Assembly: GCA_036563805.1 (NCBI GenBank)
Contig: DATCLS010000102.1
Span: 67,903 to 131,902, forward strand
Length of the DNA: 64,000 nt
Direction: 5' to 3'
Source of the DNA: Acidimicrobiales bacterium
GTDB lineage: Bacteria; Actinomycetota; Acidimicrobiia; Acidimicrobiales; VFJN01
The notes under the pieces are model-generated. The model was not told the DNA's origin. It made no database searches and worked only from the letters and a program-made list of their open reading frames with translations. The position numbers and the translations under genes were made by a program. This document shows, piece after piece, positions 1 through 32,195 of the stretch. Position 1 is the first letter of the stretch. Every line of letters begins with the position of its first letter.

Positions 1-1308
1 GCGGCCGAGCGGGCGGCCGAGGGCGCCCGCTCCCACGAGGTGCATGGCAGCGTGGTCGGCGCCCGCACGATCCGGGCGTTCCGGCTCCAGGACGTCCACC
101 TCGACCGTATCGACGCCCGGTCCCGCGAGTCGGTCCGGTTCGCCGTGGCCGCCGGCCGGGTCCGGGCCTGGTTCTTCTCCCGGCTGAACGGCGCCGAGCT
201 GGTCGGGCTGGGGACCGTGCTCGTCGTCGGCTTCCTACTGGTCCGCAACGGAACGATCACGGTGGGCGCGGCGACGGCGGCCGCCCTCTACTTCCACCGG
301 CTGTTCGACCCGATCGGCGGCCTGCTGCTCCAGCTCGACACCGCCCAGGCGGCCGGCGCCGCGCTGGCCCGCCTGGTGGGCGTGCTGGCGGTCCCGCCGC
401 CACCCGAGCCCGAGCGGCCGGCCACAGTGCGGGACGCCTCGGTGGCCGTCGAGGGCGTGCGGTTCGCCTACGAGCCGGGCGCCGAGGTCCTGCACGGCGT
501 CGACCTCCACCTCCGGCCGGGCGAGCGGGTGGCGCTGGTCGGCGTGAGCGGCGCCGGCAAGACCACGCTGGCCAAGCTGCTGGTGGGCGTCCACTCCCCC
601 GCCGCCGGCACCGTCCGGCTGGGCGGCGCCCCCGTCGACGAGATCGGGCCGGCGGACCTGCGGCGCACGGTCGCTCTCGTCAGCCAGGAGGTCCACGTGT
701 TCGCGGGCACGCTGGCCGACGACCTGCGCTTGGCCCGGCCCGACGCCACAGACGACGAGCTGCGGGCCGCCCTCGACCGGGTGGGCGCCACGCCCTGGGT
801 CGAGGCCCTGCCCGACGGGCTCGCCACCGTCGTGAACGACGGCCCCCACCAGCTGGGGCCGACCGAGGCCCAGCAGCTCGCCCTCGCCCGCCTGGTGCTG
901 GCCGACCCCCGGGTGGCCGTGCTCGACGAGGCCACGGCCGAGGCCGGCAGCGCCGGCGCCCGGCGGCTGGAGGCGGCGGCCGACCGGGCGGTGGCCGGCC
1001 GCACCACGCTGGTCGTGGCCCACCGGCTCACCCAGGCCGTGGCCGCCGACCGGATCGTGGTGCTGGACAAGGGCACGGTGCTCGAGGCCGGCACCCACGA
1101 CGAGCTGCTGGCCGCCGGCGGGGCCTACGCCGAGCTGTGGTCGGCGTGGTCGGCGACCCGGGCCCCCGGCGGGGCTCGCCCGCACGCCGGCGGTGCCGAG
1201 ACCGACGGCGCTCGGACCGACGGCGCTCGGACCGGCGGGGTCGGCACCGCCGGCGCCCGGCCCGGCGGAAACGGGCCCGACGGGGCTCGCCCGCGAGCGC
1301 AATCGTAA
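1..1308 (+). CDS. ABC transporter, fused permease/ATP-binding exporter (5' end outside window)
   Basis: The frame is open from nt 1. The end of a transmembrane domain is followed by an NBD with Walker A GVSGAGKTTL, signature-like LGPTEAQQLALAR, Walker B VAVLDEATAE and H-loop VVAHRL. It has a Gly/Ala/Arg-rich tail; stop TAA 1306-1308. Confidence 0.85.
   Translation, partial: AAERAAEGARSHEVHGSVVGARTIRAFRLQDVHLDRIDARSRESVRFAVAAGRVRAWFFSRLNGAELVGLGTVLVVGFLLVRNGTITVGAATAAALYFHRLFDPIGGLLLQLDTAQAAGAALARLVGVLAVPPPPEPERPATVRDASVAVEGVRFAYEPGAEVLHGVDLHLRPGERVALVGVSGAGKTTLAKLLVGVHSPAAGTVRLGGAPVDEIGPADLRRTVALVSQEVHVFAGTLADDLRLARPDATDDELRAALDRVGATPWVEALPDGLATVVNDGPHQLGPTEAQQLALARLVLADPRVAVLDEATAEAGSAGARRLEAAADRAVAGRTTLVVAHRLTQAVAADRIVVLDKGTVLEAGTHDELLAAGGAYAELWSAWSATRAPGGARPHAGGAETDGARTDGARTGGVGTAGARPGGNGPDGARPRAQS
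1201..1240 (+). repeat. 15-bp tandem repeat inside the ABC tail
   Basis: ACCGACGGCGCTCGG occurs at 1201-1215 and again at 1216-1230, with a diverged third copy from 1231. It encodes TDGAR-TDGAR-TGG. Confidence 0.8.
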
Positions 1309-1322
1309 GGTATACCTATCAT
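1305..1322 (+). promoter_or_regulatory. Copy 1 of cluster-specific 18-bp motif GTAAGGTATACCTATCAT (core palindrome AGGTATACCT)
   Basis: An AT-rich island in GC-rich DNA between the ABC stop (1308) and the KS start (1362). It matches 31454-31471 at 17/18 positions. It contains TAnnnT-type hexamers (TAAGGT, TATCAT). Confidence 0.45.
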
Positions 1323-1361
1323 CATGTTGTCGGGCTGCTTGATTGAGCCGGACGTCACCCG

Positions 1362-2498
1362 GTGACGGCGCAGCTGGCCGGCCTGGGGGCCGTCACGGGC
1401 TACGGCTGGGGCACGGAGCCGCTCCTCCAGGGGGTGGCGGCACAGACGACCGCCGCCGCTCACGCGGAGGTCGACGGCATCCGGGCGCTCGCCGCCCTCG
1501 TCCCCGAGCCGGGCGCCGAGCCGCTCGACCCCAACGAACGCTACGAGCACATGGTCGGCGCCGCCGTCGACGAGGCCCTGGCCGAGGCCGCCGGCCGCGG
1601 CTGGGAGCCGGGCGACCGGGTCGGCGTCCTGTTCTGCACGGGCATCGCCGACATCCGGGCGATCCGCGACAACTTCTTCTCCGGCGGCCGCCCCCGGCCC
1701 AGCCTGTTCCCCCGCATGCTGCACACGGCGGCGGGCTCGGCCCTCGCCCAGCGCCACGGCTGGACCGGGCCCAACCTGGTGGTCAACGCCGCCTGCTCGT
1801 CGGGCAACGCCGCCCTCCAGCTGGCCGACGCCTGGCTCCAGGGCGGCCTCGCCACCGACGTCGTGGTGGTCGGCGCCGAGCTGTGCGTCATCGCCGAGAT
1901 CGTGACCGGCTTCCGGCGCATGCGCGTGCTGCTCGGCGAGAACCGGTCGGCCGCCGACTGCCGGCCGTTCCAGGAGGGCAGCCGCGGCTTCTTCCTCGGC
2001 GAGGCGGCGGTGGCGCTGGTGGTGACGAACCGGGCCGACAGCGGCCGCGCCACCTACCTCGGCGGCGCCACCACCCACGACGCCTACCACCTGGTGGCCC
2101 CCGAGCCCGAGGGCCGCGAGCTCGCGCGCTGTTTCGTGGACGCGCTGGCCGCCGCCGGCGCCGCCCCCGGCGACATCGCCGTGATCAAGGCCCACGGCAG
2201 CGGGACCCCGATCAACGACGGCATCGAGGCCGCGCTGGCCGACCGGCTGTTCCCCGACCGCACGCGCCTCTGTAGCTACAAGCCGCTGCTCGGCCACTGC
2301 ATGGCCGCCGCCGCGCTGGCCGAGCTCGCCGGCCTCCTCGCCGGCTACGAGGCCGGCGCCCTGCCCGCCCGGGTCAGCGACGACCCCGCGCACCCCCGGC
2401 TCGCCGACGGCGAGCCCCCGCCCGACGGCCTGGTGCTGTGCACCTCGGTCGGCCTGGGCGGCACGAACACCGCCGTCGTCCTCGACATCCACCGGTGA
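1362..2498 (+). CDS. Stand-alone beta-ketoacyl synthase (KAS I/II-like, Cys-His-His)
   Basis: 378 aa from GTG 1362. Active-site motifs are NAACSSGNAAL (Cys), KAHGSGTP (His) and LLGHCMAAAA (His); a DAYHLVAPEP motif is also present. Confidence 0.85.
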   Translation: MTAQLAGLGAVTGYGWGTEPLLQGVAAQTTAAAHAEVDGIRALAALVPEPGAEPLDPNERYEHMVGAAVDEALAEAAGRGWEPGDRVGVLFCTGIADIRAIRDNFFSGGRPRPSLFPRMLHTAAGSALAQRHGWTGPNLVVNAACSSGNAALQLADAWLQGGLATDVVVVGAELCVIAEIVTGFRRMRVLLGENRSAADCRPFQEGSRGFFLGEAAVALVVTNRADSGRATYLGGATTHDAYHLVAPEPEGRELARCFVDALAAAGAAPGDIAVIKAHGSGTPINDGIEAALADRLFPDRTRLCSYKPLLGHCMAAAALAELAGLLAGYEAGALPARVSDDPAHPRLADGEPPPDGLVLCTSVGLGGTNTAVVLDIHR

Positions 2499-2514
2499 CC
2501 CAGGGAGCACGAGC

Positions 2515-2799
2515 ATGACCACGACCGCGTCCGCCGCCGACGTCCTCGCCAAGCTGCAGAAGAGCTACGACCTGGTCGTGTCCGGCGACGAGCCCCGCCG
2601 GCTGCGCCTCGAGGACGACATCACCGAGGACCTCGACCTCGACTCCATGGAGTTCATCGACCTGGTGTCGGTGCTCGAGGAGGAGTTCCCGGCCGATGTC
2701 ATCGACGCCGTGATCGAGCGGACGCCGGACATCCGCACGGTCGGCGAGCTGGTCGACGCCTTCCTGGCCGCCTCCGCCGCCTCCGCCGCCTCCGCCTGA
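2515..2799 (+). CDS. Acyl carrier protein
   Basis: 94 aa. The phosphopantetheine attachment motif is DLDLDSMEFIDL (Ser44 codon 2644-2646). GGGAG lies upstream of the ATG. The C-terminus has an Ala/Ser repeat. Confidence 0.85.
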   Translation: MTTTASAADVLAKLQKSYDLVVSGDEPRRLRLEDDITEDLDLDSMEFIDLVSVLEEEFPADVIDAVIERTPDIRTVGELVDAFLAASAASAASA

Positions 2800-2808
2800 C
2801 GGGCCGCC

Positions 2809-3587
2809 GTGACCGTCCTCGTGTTCGAGGGCCAGGGCGCGACCGCGGTGCCCGGGGAGCCCGAGACCGACCTCACCGCGCTGCCGCCCGCCGAGGCCCA
2901 GCGGGCCATCGTCGTTCATCAGCTCGGCCGCGCCCGGGCGGGCGCCGAGGGACGTGAGCGCATCGACGGCGTGCTCGGCCAGAGCCTGGGGGAGGTCAGC
3001 GCCCTGGTCGTGGCCGGGGCGCTGAGCGAGGAGGACGGCCTGCGGTTCGTCCGCCTGCGGGCCGCGCTGCCGGCCCGCCTGCTCCCGCCCCGGCCGTGGA
3101 CGATGGCGTCGATGACCCGGCTCCGGCCGGCCGCCGCCGAGGAGGCGACCGAGGGGCTCGACGTCTGGGTCGCGGGCCGCAACGGGCCGGCCGACTGCGT
3201 CGTCGTCGGCGCCTCCGGCGACTTCGCCACCTTCGTCGAGCGGGTCGGCGCCCTGCCCCAGACCTACCGCGAGCTGCCGGTCACCGCGCCCTACCACACG
3301 CCGGTCATGGCCCCGGTGGCCGAGGCCCTGGCCGCCGAGGTGGCGGGCTTCGACGTCCGCGACCCGGCCGTGCCGGTGTGGAGCCCGACCGGGGTCACGG
3401 AGGTGCGCACGGCCGCCGACGTCCGCCGCGTGCTGATCGAGGCCCTCACGTCGCCGGTGGCGTGGGCGGAGACGCTGGCCGTCGCCGCCGGCCGGTGGCC
3501 CGACGCGCCGTGGCGCGAGTGCGGACCGTCGTGCTCGCTGCACCGCTTCGTCTGGAAGAACGGCCTGAAGCTCGACTGGGGGGAGGC

Positions 3588-3591
<4 letters not shown>
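2809..3591 (+). CDS. Stand-alone acyltransferase (FabD/malonyl-CoA:ACP transacylase-like, short)
   Basis: 260 aa with motifs [15 protein letters not shown] (a GHSxG variant with His->Gln; the Ser is kept) and APYHTPVM. Its stop TGA 3589-3591 overlaps the NRPS GTG 3588-3590. Confidence 0.8.
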
Positions 3592-27403
<23,812 letters not shown>

Positions 27404-27407
<4 letters not shown>

Positions 27408-28477
27408 CCGACTCCCGACCGACCGCCGGGCCCGGGTCCCGGCTGCTCGCCCTCCTCCTCGCCCTCGCGGTGGCTGCAGCCGCCTGCGGGTCCGGGTCCG
27501 GCGACGACGCCGGGCCGGATGCCAGGGGCGGGGCAGCGGCCGCCGGCGCCCACCCGGACGCCTACCCCGTCACCATCGAGCACACGTACGGCGAGACCAC
27601 GATCGAGGAGCCGCCCGAGCGGGTCGTGACCGTCGGCCTCACCGACCATGACGCCGTCCTCGCCCTCGGCGTCGCCCCGGTCGGGGTCACCGACTGGTTC
27701 GGCGACCAGCCCCACGCTGTGTGGCCGTGGGCGCAGGACGAGCTGGGCGACGCCGAGCCCGAGATCGTCGGCACCACCGAGGGCATCGACTTCGAGCAGG
27801 TGGCCCGGCTCCGCCCCGACGTGATCATCGGCCTCTACGCCGGCCTGACCGACGACGACTACGAGACGCTCTCGCAGATCGCCCCCACCGTCGCCCAGCC
27901 GGTCGACCATCCCGACTTCGGGATCCCCTGGCAGGAGCAGACCCGCACGATCGGGCGGATCCTCGGCCAGCCCGAAGAGGCCGACGAGCTGGTCACCGCC
28001 ATCGAGGACCGGTTCGCCCGGGCCCGAGCCGAGCACCCCGAGTTCGCGGGGCGGACCGCCGTCGTGGCCACGCCGTACGCCGGGTCGGTGTCGGTGTTCG
28101 CGCCGACCGATCCCCGGGGCCGCTTCCTCGACGCCCTCGGGTTCGAGCCGGTGGACGAGATCGTCGACCTGGTCGGCGACGGCTTCAGCGCCGACCTGAG
28201 CTACGAGCAGGCCGAGTTGCTCGACGTCGACGTGCTGGTGTGGATCATCGAGGACGCCGAGGCCGACATGCCCCAGGTCCGGAGCATGCCGATCTATGGC
28301 GAGCTCGACGTGGTGCGGGAGGGCCGCGAGGTCCCGGTCGAGAACCTGAGCGAGCTGGGTGGCGCCACGTCGTTCGGGACCGTGCTCAGCCTGCCCGTGC
28401 TGCTCGACCAGCTGGTGCCCATGCTGGCCGCCGCCGTCGATGGTGACCCCGCCACGCCGGTCGAGCAGCCCGGCTGA
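27404..28477 (+). CDS. Iron-siderophore-type ABC substrate-binding lipoprotein
   Basis: 357 aa with lipobox [13 protein letters not shown]. Periplasmic-binding-protein type 2 motifs are [23 protein letters not shown] and [11 protein letters not shown] 27404 overlaps the NRPS stop (ATGA). Confidence 0.85.
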
Positions 28478-28546
28478 CCGGACGCGGCTGACCGGCGGGT
28501 CGGGCACGGTCGACAGACCGGGCCGGGGATGCTCGACCCACCCACG

Positions 28547-28573
28547 GGCCGGGGGCGGGCGCCGCCCTCGGCC
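28547..28573. terminator. GC-rich hairpin between convergent genes
   Basis: GGCCGGGGGCGG-gcg-CCGCCCTCGGCC forms a 12-bp stem (one G-T/G-U pair) with a 3-nt loop. It lies between stops 28477 (+) and 28580 (-). There is no U tract. Confidence 0.35.
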
Positions 28574-28579
28574 GGGCGC

Positions 28580-29449
28580 TCAGCCCATGCGCTCGATGGC
28601 CTCGGCCAAGGCCAGCGTGCGCCGGGCCTGCTCGACGTGCAGGTTCTCGACCATCCGGCCGTCGACCGTGACCACGCCCCGGCCCTCCTTCTCGGCCGCC
28701 TCGAACGCCTCGATGATGCGACGGGACCGCTCGATCTCGTCGGGCGCCGGCGCGAACACCTCGTTGCACGGCTCGACCTGGCTCGGGTGGATGAGCGTCT
28801 TGCCGTCGAAGCCCATCTGCCGGCCCTGCCGGCACTCGGCCGCAAACCCCTCGGCGTCCTTGATGTCGTTGTAGACGCCGTCGAGGATCGCCTTGCCCGT
28901 GGCCCGGGCGGCGATCACGCACAGCCCGAGCCCGGTGAGCAGCGGCTGGCGGCCGGGCACGTGCTCGGCGTTGAGCTCCTTGGCCAGGTCGTTGGTGCCC
29001 ATGACCAACATGTTGAGCCGCTCGGACGCCGAGCACACCTCCTCGGCCCGCAGCATCGCCGCCGGCGTCTCGAGCATGGCCCAGATGCGGGTGCGGTCGG
29101 GGGCGCCAGCGGCCTCGAGCGCCCGCTCGATGGCGTGCACGGCCGCGGCCGAGTCGACCTTGGGGACCACGACGGCGTCCGGCCCGGCGGCGGCCGCCGC
29201 CCGCAGGTCGTCGTCGTGCCAGGGCGTGCCGGCGCTGTTGACCCGGATCGTGACCTCGCGGTGGCCGTAGCGGCCCGACGCCGCCGCCTCGGCCACCCGG
29301 TCGCGCGCCTCGACCTTGGCGTCGGGCGCCACCGCGTCCTCGAGGTCGAGGATGAGGGCGTCGGCCGGCAGGCCGGCCGCCTTCTCGAGCGCCCGCTCGT
29401 TGGCGCCCGGCATGTAGAGGACGGAGCGGCGGGGACGCAGCTCGCCCAT
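28580..29449 (-). CDS. HpcH/HpaI-CitE family CoA-ester lyase/thioesterase (citrate lyase beta / malyl-CoA thioesterase-like)
   Basis: 289 aa from ATG 29449 (the track ORF 28580-31051 is read-through of this frame). Motifs are LYMPGANERALEKA, LILDLEDAV, VVVPKV, MLETP, MGTNDL and FDGKTLIHPSQV. Confidence 0.8.
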   Translation of the reverse strand: MGELRPRRSVLYMPGANERALEKAAGLPADALILDLEDAVAPDAKVEARDRVAEAAASGRYGHREVTIRVNSAGTPWHDDDLRAAAAAGPDAVVVPKVDSAAAVHAIERALEAAGAPDRTRIWAMLETPAAMLRAEEVCSASERLNMLVMGTNDLAKELNAEHVPGRQPLLTGLGLCVIAARATGKAILDGVYNDIKDAEGFAAECRQGRQMGFDGKTLIHPSQVEPCNEVFAPAPDEIERSRRIIEAFEAAEKEGRGVVTVDGRMVENLHVEQARRTLALAEAIERMG

Positions 29450-29451
29450 CG

Positions 29452-30507
29452 TCACAGCACCCCCTCGTAGGCCTTGGCCAGCTCCGGGTCCTTGGCGGCC
29501 AGCGCGGTGGCCAGGTCGAGCATGACCTTGCACTGCTTGACGGAGGCGTCGTCCTCCATCTTCCCGTCGATCATGAGGGCGCCGGTGCCGTCGCCCATGG
29601 CGTCGACCACCCGGCGGGCGTGGCGGACGTCCTCGGGGTCGGGCGAGAACACCCGGCGGGCGATGTCGATCTGCACGGGGTGCAGGCTCCACGCCCCCAC
29701 GCAGCCGAGCAGGAAGGCGTTGCGGAACCGGTCCTCGCAGGCGACCGTGTCCTTGATGTCGCCGAACGGCCCGTAGAACGGGAGCAGGCCGTGCATCGTG
29801 CAGGCGTCGACCATGCGGGCGATCGTGTAGTGCCACAGGTCCTGCTGGTAGGTGGCGCGCTCGGCCTCGACGTCGCCGCCCGGCGGGTCCTGGCGGACCA
29901 GGTAGCCGGGGTGGCCGCCGCCGACCCGGGTCGTCTTCATGCGCCGGCTGGCCGCCAGGTCGGCTGGGCCCAGCGACAGGCCCTGCATGCGGGGGCTGGC
30001 GCCGCAGATCTCCTCGACGTTGGCCACGCCCCGGGCGGTCTCGAGGATGGCGTGGAGCAGGATCGGCCGGTCGAGGCCCGCCTTCGCCTCCAGCTGGGCC
30101 AGCAGACGGTCGACGTAGTGGATGTCCTCGGGCCCCTCGACCTTGGGGACCATGATGACGGCCAGCTTGTCGCCGATGGCGGGCACCAGCTGCAGCAGGT
30201 CGTCGAGCACCCACGGCGAGTCGAGGCTGTTGATCCGGGTCCACAGCGGCGTGTCGCCCAGGTCGGCCTCCCGGGCGATGCGGATCAGGCCCTCGCGGGC
30301 GGCCTCCTTGCGGTCGGCCTGGATGGCGTCCTCGAGGTTGCCGAGGAGGATGTCGACCTTGGCCGCGATGTCGGGAACCTTGGCGGCCATCTTCTCGTTG
30401 CTCGGGTCGAAGAAGTGGATCATCCGGGAGGGCCCGAACGGGATCTCCCGGACGGGCTCCGGCGCTCCGACGGCGAGCGGGCGGAAGAAGTCCTTCGGCG
30501 AACGCAT
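29452..30507 (-). CDS. mcl: L-malyl-CoA/beta-methylmalyl-CoA lyase-like (HpcH/HpaI family)
   Basis: 351 aa. It is collinear with Mcl proteins as I remember them: [99 protein letters not shown] precedes it. Its stop lies 2 nt from the CitE-like start. Confidence 0.75.
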   Translation of the reverse strand: MRSPKDFFRPLAVGAPEPVREIPFGPSRMIHFFDPSNEKMAAKVPDIAAKVDILLGNLEDAIQADRKEAAREGLIRIAREADLGDTPLWTRINSLDSPWVLDDLLQLVPAIGDKLAVIMVPKVEGPEDIHYVDRLLAQLEAKAGLDRPILLHAILETARGVANVEEICGASPRMQGLSLGPADLAASRRMKTTRVGGGHPGYLVRQDPPGGDVEAERATYQQDLWHYTIARMVDACTMHGLLPFYGPFGDIKDTVACEDRFRNAFLLGCVGAWSLHPVQIDIARRVFSPDPEDVRHARRVVDAMGDGTGALMIDGKMEDDASVKQCKVMLDLATALAAKDPELAKAYEGVL

Positions 30508-30560
30508 CGAGCCTCCATGTCGACGGACCAGCGCGAGCGAGCCTAGTTACCGACCCCTCG

Positions 30561-31448
30561 TCACCCCCATTCGGGGGTGGCCTGGGTGGCCGCGGGCCGG
30601 CGGGCGCCGGCCAGCAGGGCGGCCAGGTCGATGCGGCGGACGGCGATTTCGACCGCAGCGCCGGCCGGCTCCCCCGGGGCGGCCGGCTTCCCGGGGGCGG
30701 CGAGGCCGTCCCCGACGGCGGCGGCAGAGCGCCCGGCGGGGGTCGGGACGTGCCCCGGGCCGGCCCTGGGGTCGGGGGCGCCGGCGGCGTCCGCGGGGGC
30801 GAGCGCCACGGCGGCGACGAGCCCGTCCCCGGCGGCCACGTCCCGCACCGCCCACCCGTCGGGCCCCGGGCCCGGCGCCGGCCCCACGCCGACGGCCACG
30901 GTCGCCGGGTCGCGGCCGAGGCCGGTGCCGAGGCCCTTGAGGACGGCCTCCTTGCGGACCCAGGCCCGCAGCGCGGCCGGCCCCCGGTCGGCGGCGGGGA
31001 GGGCGGCCAGGGCCCGGCGCTCGTCGGGGTGGAGGGCGGCGGCCAGGTCATCGGCCCCGACCCCGCGGTCGGCCGCCTCGACGTCGACGCCGACCGGCCG
31101 GCGGGCCACCGCCACGGCCGCCACGGCGCCGCCGTGCGCCAGCGAGAAGTGCCAGGCTGCCGGGCCGGCGCCGAGCGCGCCGGCCAGGCGGGGCCGGCCG
31201 TGGGGCGCGCCGCACAGCGGGCACGGCTCGCGGGCGAAGGCCAGCCCGCCTGGCGGGCGGCCGGCGTAGCGGGCGAGGACGGCCCGCAGGGCGGCGTGCG
31301 CAGCCACGTAGCGGTCGCGGTCGGCCGGCCGCCGGAACCGGGCCGCCCGGCCGACCTCCTCGGCGTCCAGCAGGCCGTCGGCCCCCGGGACGCCGGCCAG
31401 GCGGACGATCCAGACGTCGCAGCCGGGGGTGGTTCTGCCCTCCGTCAC
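30561..31448 (-). CDS. Sfp-type 4'-phosphopantetheinyl transferase
   Basis: 295 aa from GTG 31448 (codon 209 of track ORF 30561-32072). Motifs are PVGVDVEAA and WVRKEAVLKGLGTG. It has an Ala/Pro/Gly-rich C-terminal extension of ~90 aa. Confidence 0.8.
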   Translation of the reverse strand: MTEGRTTPGCDVWIVRLAGVPGADGLLDAEEVGRAARFRRPADRDRYVAAHAALRAVLARYAGRPPGGLAFAREPCPLCGAPHGRPRLAGALGAGPAAWHFSLAHGGAVAAVAVARRPVGVDVEAADRGVGADDLAAALHPDERRALAALPAADRGPAALRAWVRKEAVLKGLGTGLGRDPATVAVGVGPAPGPGPDGWAVRDVAAGDGLVAAVALAPADAAGAPDPRAGPGHVPTPAGRSAAAVGDGLAAPGKPAAPGEPAGAAVEIAVRRIDLAALLAGARRPAATQATPEWG

Positions 31449-31453
31449 CGGAT

Positions 31454-31471
31454 GTAAGGTACACCTATCAT
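31454..31471 (+). promoter_or_regulatory. Copy 2 of 18-bp motif GTAAGGTACACCTATCAT
   Basis: It fills the 21-bp gap between the divergent PPTase (start 31448) and acyltransferase (ATG 31470) genes. It matches 1305-1322 at 17/18 positions. Its last two bases are the A and T of the ATG. Confidence 0.45.
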
Positions 31472-32108
31472 GTCCTCGCCCCGCCGCCCGGCGCCGCGGA
31501 CCGGCACCGCGGCGCCGACCGGGGGCTCGGCCCGCCGGCTGCGGCGCCCCCTGGGCCCCGAGGTCGACGCCGTCGGCCCACCCCCGACCCCGCTCCTGGA
31601 CCCGCCGTGGGCCGTCGTCCCGGTGGCGCCGTCCGGGGTCGAGCTCGACCACGTCGTCCGGTGGATGGCCGAGCCCCACGTCGCCGCCTTCTGGGGGCAG
31701 GACTGGCCGCACGCCGCCTGGTCCGCCGAGGTCGCCCGCCAGCTGGCCGGCGACCACTCCCGACCCTGGACGGTGTGGCACCACGGCGAGCGGGTCGCCT
31801 ACGTCGAGGTGTACCGGGCCGCCCGCGACGTCGTCGCCGACGCCTACCCGGCCGGAGCCCACGACCTGGGCATCCACATCGCCATCGGCGACCGGCGGCG
31901 CACCGGCCGGGGCCTCGGGCCGGCCGTCCTCGCCGCCGTGGCCGAAGGGCTGTTCCGCGCGGAGGCCGCCTGCCGCGCCGTGGTCGGCGACCCCGACGCC
32001 GCCCACCACGTGGCCCGGCGGGCGTTCGCCGCCGCCGGCTTCGAGCCGGTGGCCGAGGTCGACCTCCCCCACAAGCGGGCGGCGCTCATGGCCCGCCGCC
32101 GCCCCTGA
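31470..32108 (+). CDS. MbtK/IucB-family N-acyltransferase (siderophore hydroxylamine acylation type)
   Basis: 212 aa. The pattern matches MbtK as recalled: RWMAEPHVAAFWGQDWP, YVEVYRAARDVV, HDLGIHIAIGD, RAVVGDPDAAHHVARRAF, GFEPVAEVDLPHKRAALMA. The N-terminal ~40 aa are low complexity, so the start is uncertain. Confidence 0.75.
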   Translation: MSSPRRPAPRTGTAAPTGGSARRLRRPLGPEVDAVGPPPTPLLDPPWAVVPVAPSGVELDHVVRWMAEPHVAAFWGQDWPHAAWSAEVARQLAGDHSRPWTVWHHGERVAYVEVYRAARDVVADAYPAGAHDLGIHIAIGDRRRTGRGLGPAVLAAVAEGLFRAEAACRAVVGDPDAAHHVARRAFAAAGFEPVAEVDLPHKRAALMARRRP

Positions 32109-32195
32109 CGCCCGCTGTTCCGACGGCCAGCGCCGCCGGGTCCCAACCGGCCCGCCGGCGCCCGACCGACCCGCCGGCGCCCGCCCGCCGGGCGG

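Noticed and set aside
1305-1322. Reading the 18-bp motif as an IdeR/DtxR iron box or a classical Fur/Zur box.
   Set aside because: In the IdeR box the AGGT and ACCT arms are 7 nt apart (TTAGGTTAGGCTAACCTAA); here they are 2 nt apart. The best register gave about 8/19 matches, and there is no GATAAT/ATTATC-type Fur half-site. The regulator is left unassigned.
3096-3587. Upstream extension of the NRPS ORF to the track start at 3096.
   Set aside because: This segment overlaps the well-supported AT gene in another frame and translates to Arg/Gly-rich nonsense. C-domain sequence begins exactly at GTG 3588, which overlaps the AT stop.
29450-31051. The 823-aa minus-strand track ORF 28580-31051, read as one protein.
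   Set aside because: Only the last 289 codons have HpcH/CitE motifs. The upstream part is Pro/Arg/Gly-rich and overlaps the clearly coding Mcl-like and PPTase genes in other frames.
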